NCBI GenBank assembly: GCA_964016885.1
Contig: OZ024749.1
Coordinates: 49,166,001 to 49,230,000 of the forward strand
Length of the DNA: 64,000 bases
Direction: 5' to 3'
Source: Eledone cirrhosa
Lineage: Eukaryota
Shown here: positions 63,006-64,000 of the stretch, one piece after another
How the letters are laid out: every line of letters starts with the position of its first letter
How positions within the stretch are numbered: the stretch's first letter is position 1
Made by a program: the position numbers and the translations under genes
Notes under the pieces: generated by a model
What the model saw: the letters and a program-made list of their open reading frames with translations, nothing else
Told to the model about the DNA's origin: nothing
Database searches by the model: none

Positions 63006-64000
63006 TGAACATACGTATCTATATTACTTCATGACGATCAGCATAAACACTATTAAATTATGATGGAATATCAATAGAAAAAAAAGTTCGTAAAAAATAA
63101 ATGAAATATTAATATTCGTCGTATCAATACACCGAGAGATTTTTGCATTAGAAATAAGGCAAATTAATTAATATCTTGTTTTCTGTAGATGCCGATTCTT
63201 CTATTATTAATTTTCATCTAATTTAAATAATTGATTTATTTATCATTAAATTTTCTTATTTGATTATTCGTCATTTTACTTCGTTTTTTTTACATTCTTT
63301 CATGTTTTGTCTTCGAGCCATCTATCACTGTGCAATATGGTTTGTGTCTTTCAAGTGTTACTTTCTTTAACATGCTAATCTTTTTATTATTGCTTCGTTT
63401 GTCTTTCTATCTACTGATACTTTTAAACTAAACAAAGCAAAAATAATGTGTGTTTTTTCTTGTTTCCTTCTCTTTCTTAAACCAAACAATACGTGAATAT
63501 GGATGACGATATGAATTACCATACATATTTGCATTATTTCGTTTATCTGCAGAAAATTATGTGTGTGTGTCCCTGTGTTTCTGTGTATATGTACAACACT
63601 TTCAATATTGTTGGAAACAATACGATGACAAAAATAAAGTCATTATACATCGGATGAATTGCCATATTGTATGTATCTCAATAGGTGACATCGCTCCACA
63701 ATGCATTAAAGAAAATATGGATGACTCAAATTGCACAATAAAACACTCCTATAAACTAATCATAAATGTAGAATACCAGGTTGAAATCGCTTATGAATCG
63801 AAAGAATGTGCATGCGGGGGAAATCATTAGGTAACAAAAACATAGCACAAGTATCTCTGAATCTGTCAGTGTGTAACTGTAAAGGTTTTACAGAGAGGGA
63901 GAATAGTATTTAGAAATGAACATCCATCGGAAAATGTCTTCAGAACAAAGTACCTTGCGGTGTTTTGTTACATACCTTCAATGAAATAAGTTCCAACTGT

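Overview
This is eukaryotic, very AT-rich, non-genic DNA (intergenic or deep intronic), most consistent with an octopod cephalopod (inferred from the tRNA-derived Nin-type SINE family and extreme (TA)n density). No host exon, RNA gene or CRISPR array is supportable, and nearly all listed ORFs are microsatellite artefacts. The window is a retroelement graveyard: three 3' fragments of a CR1/L2-group LINE, a CRE-type restriction-like-endonuclease fragment, a decayed Penelope-like element (RT + GIY-YIG), about 15 SINE copies and an RTE-like repeat. The most notable signal is five unrelated families (A-E) of short Penelope-type terminal elements sitting in (TA)n tracts. They form palindromes with one short end and one end carrying an extra ~60-100 nt tail. 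Families A and C carry clear type I hammerhead ribozymes (C with a U3-A8 core); B, D and E carry imperfect or partial motifs.
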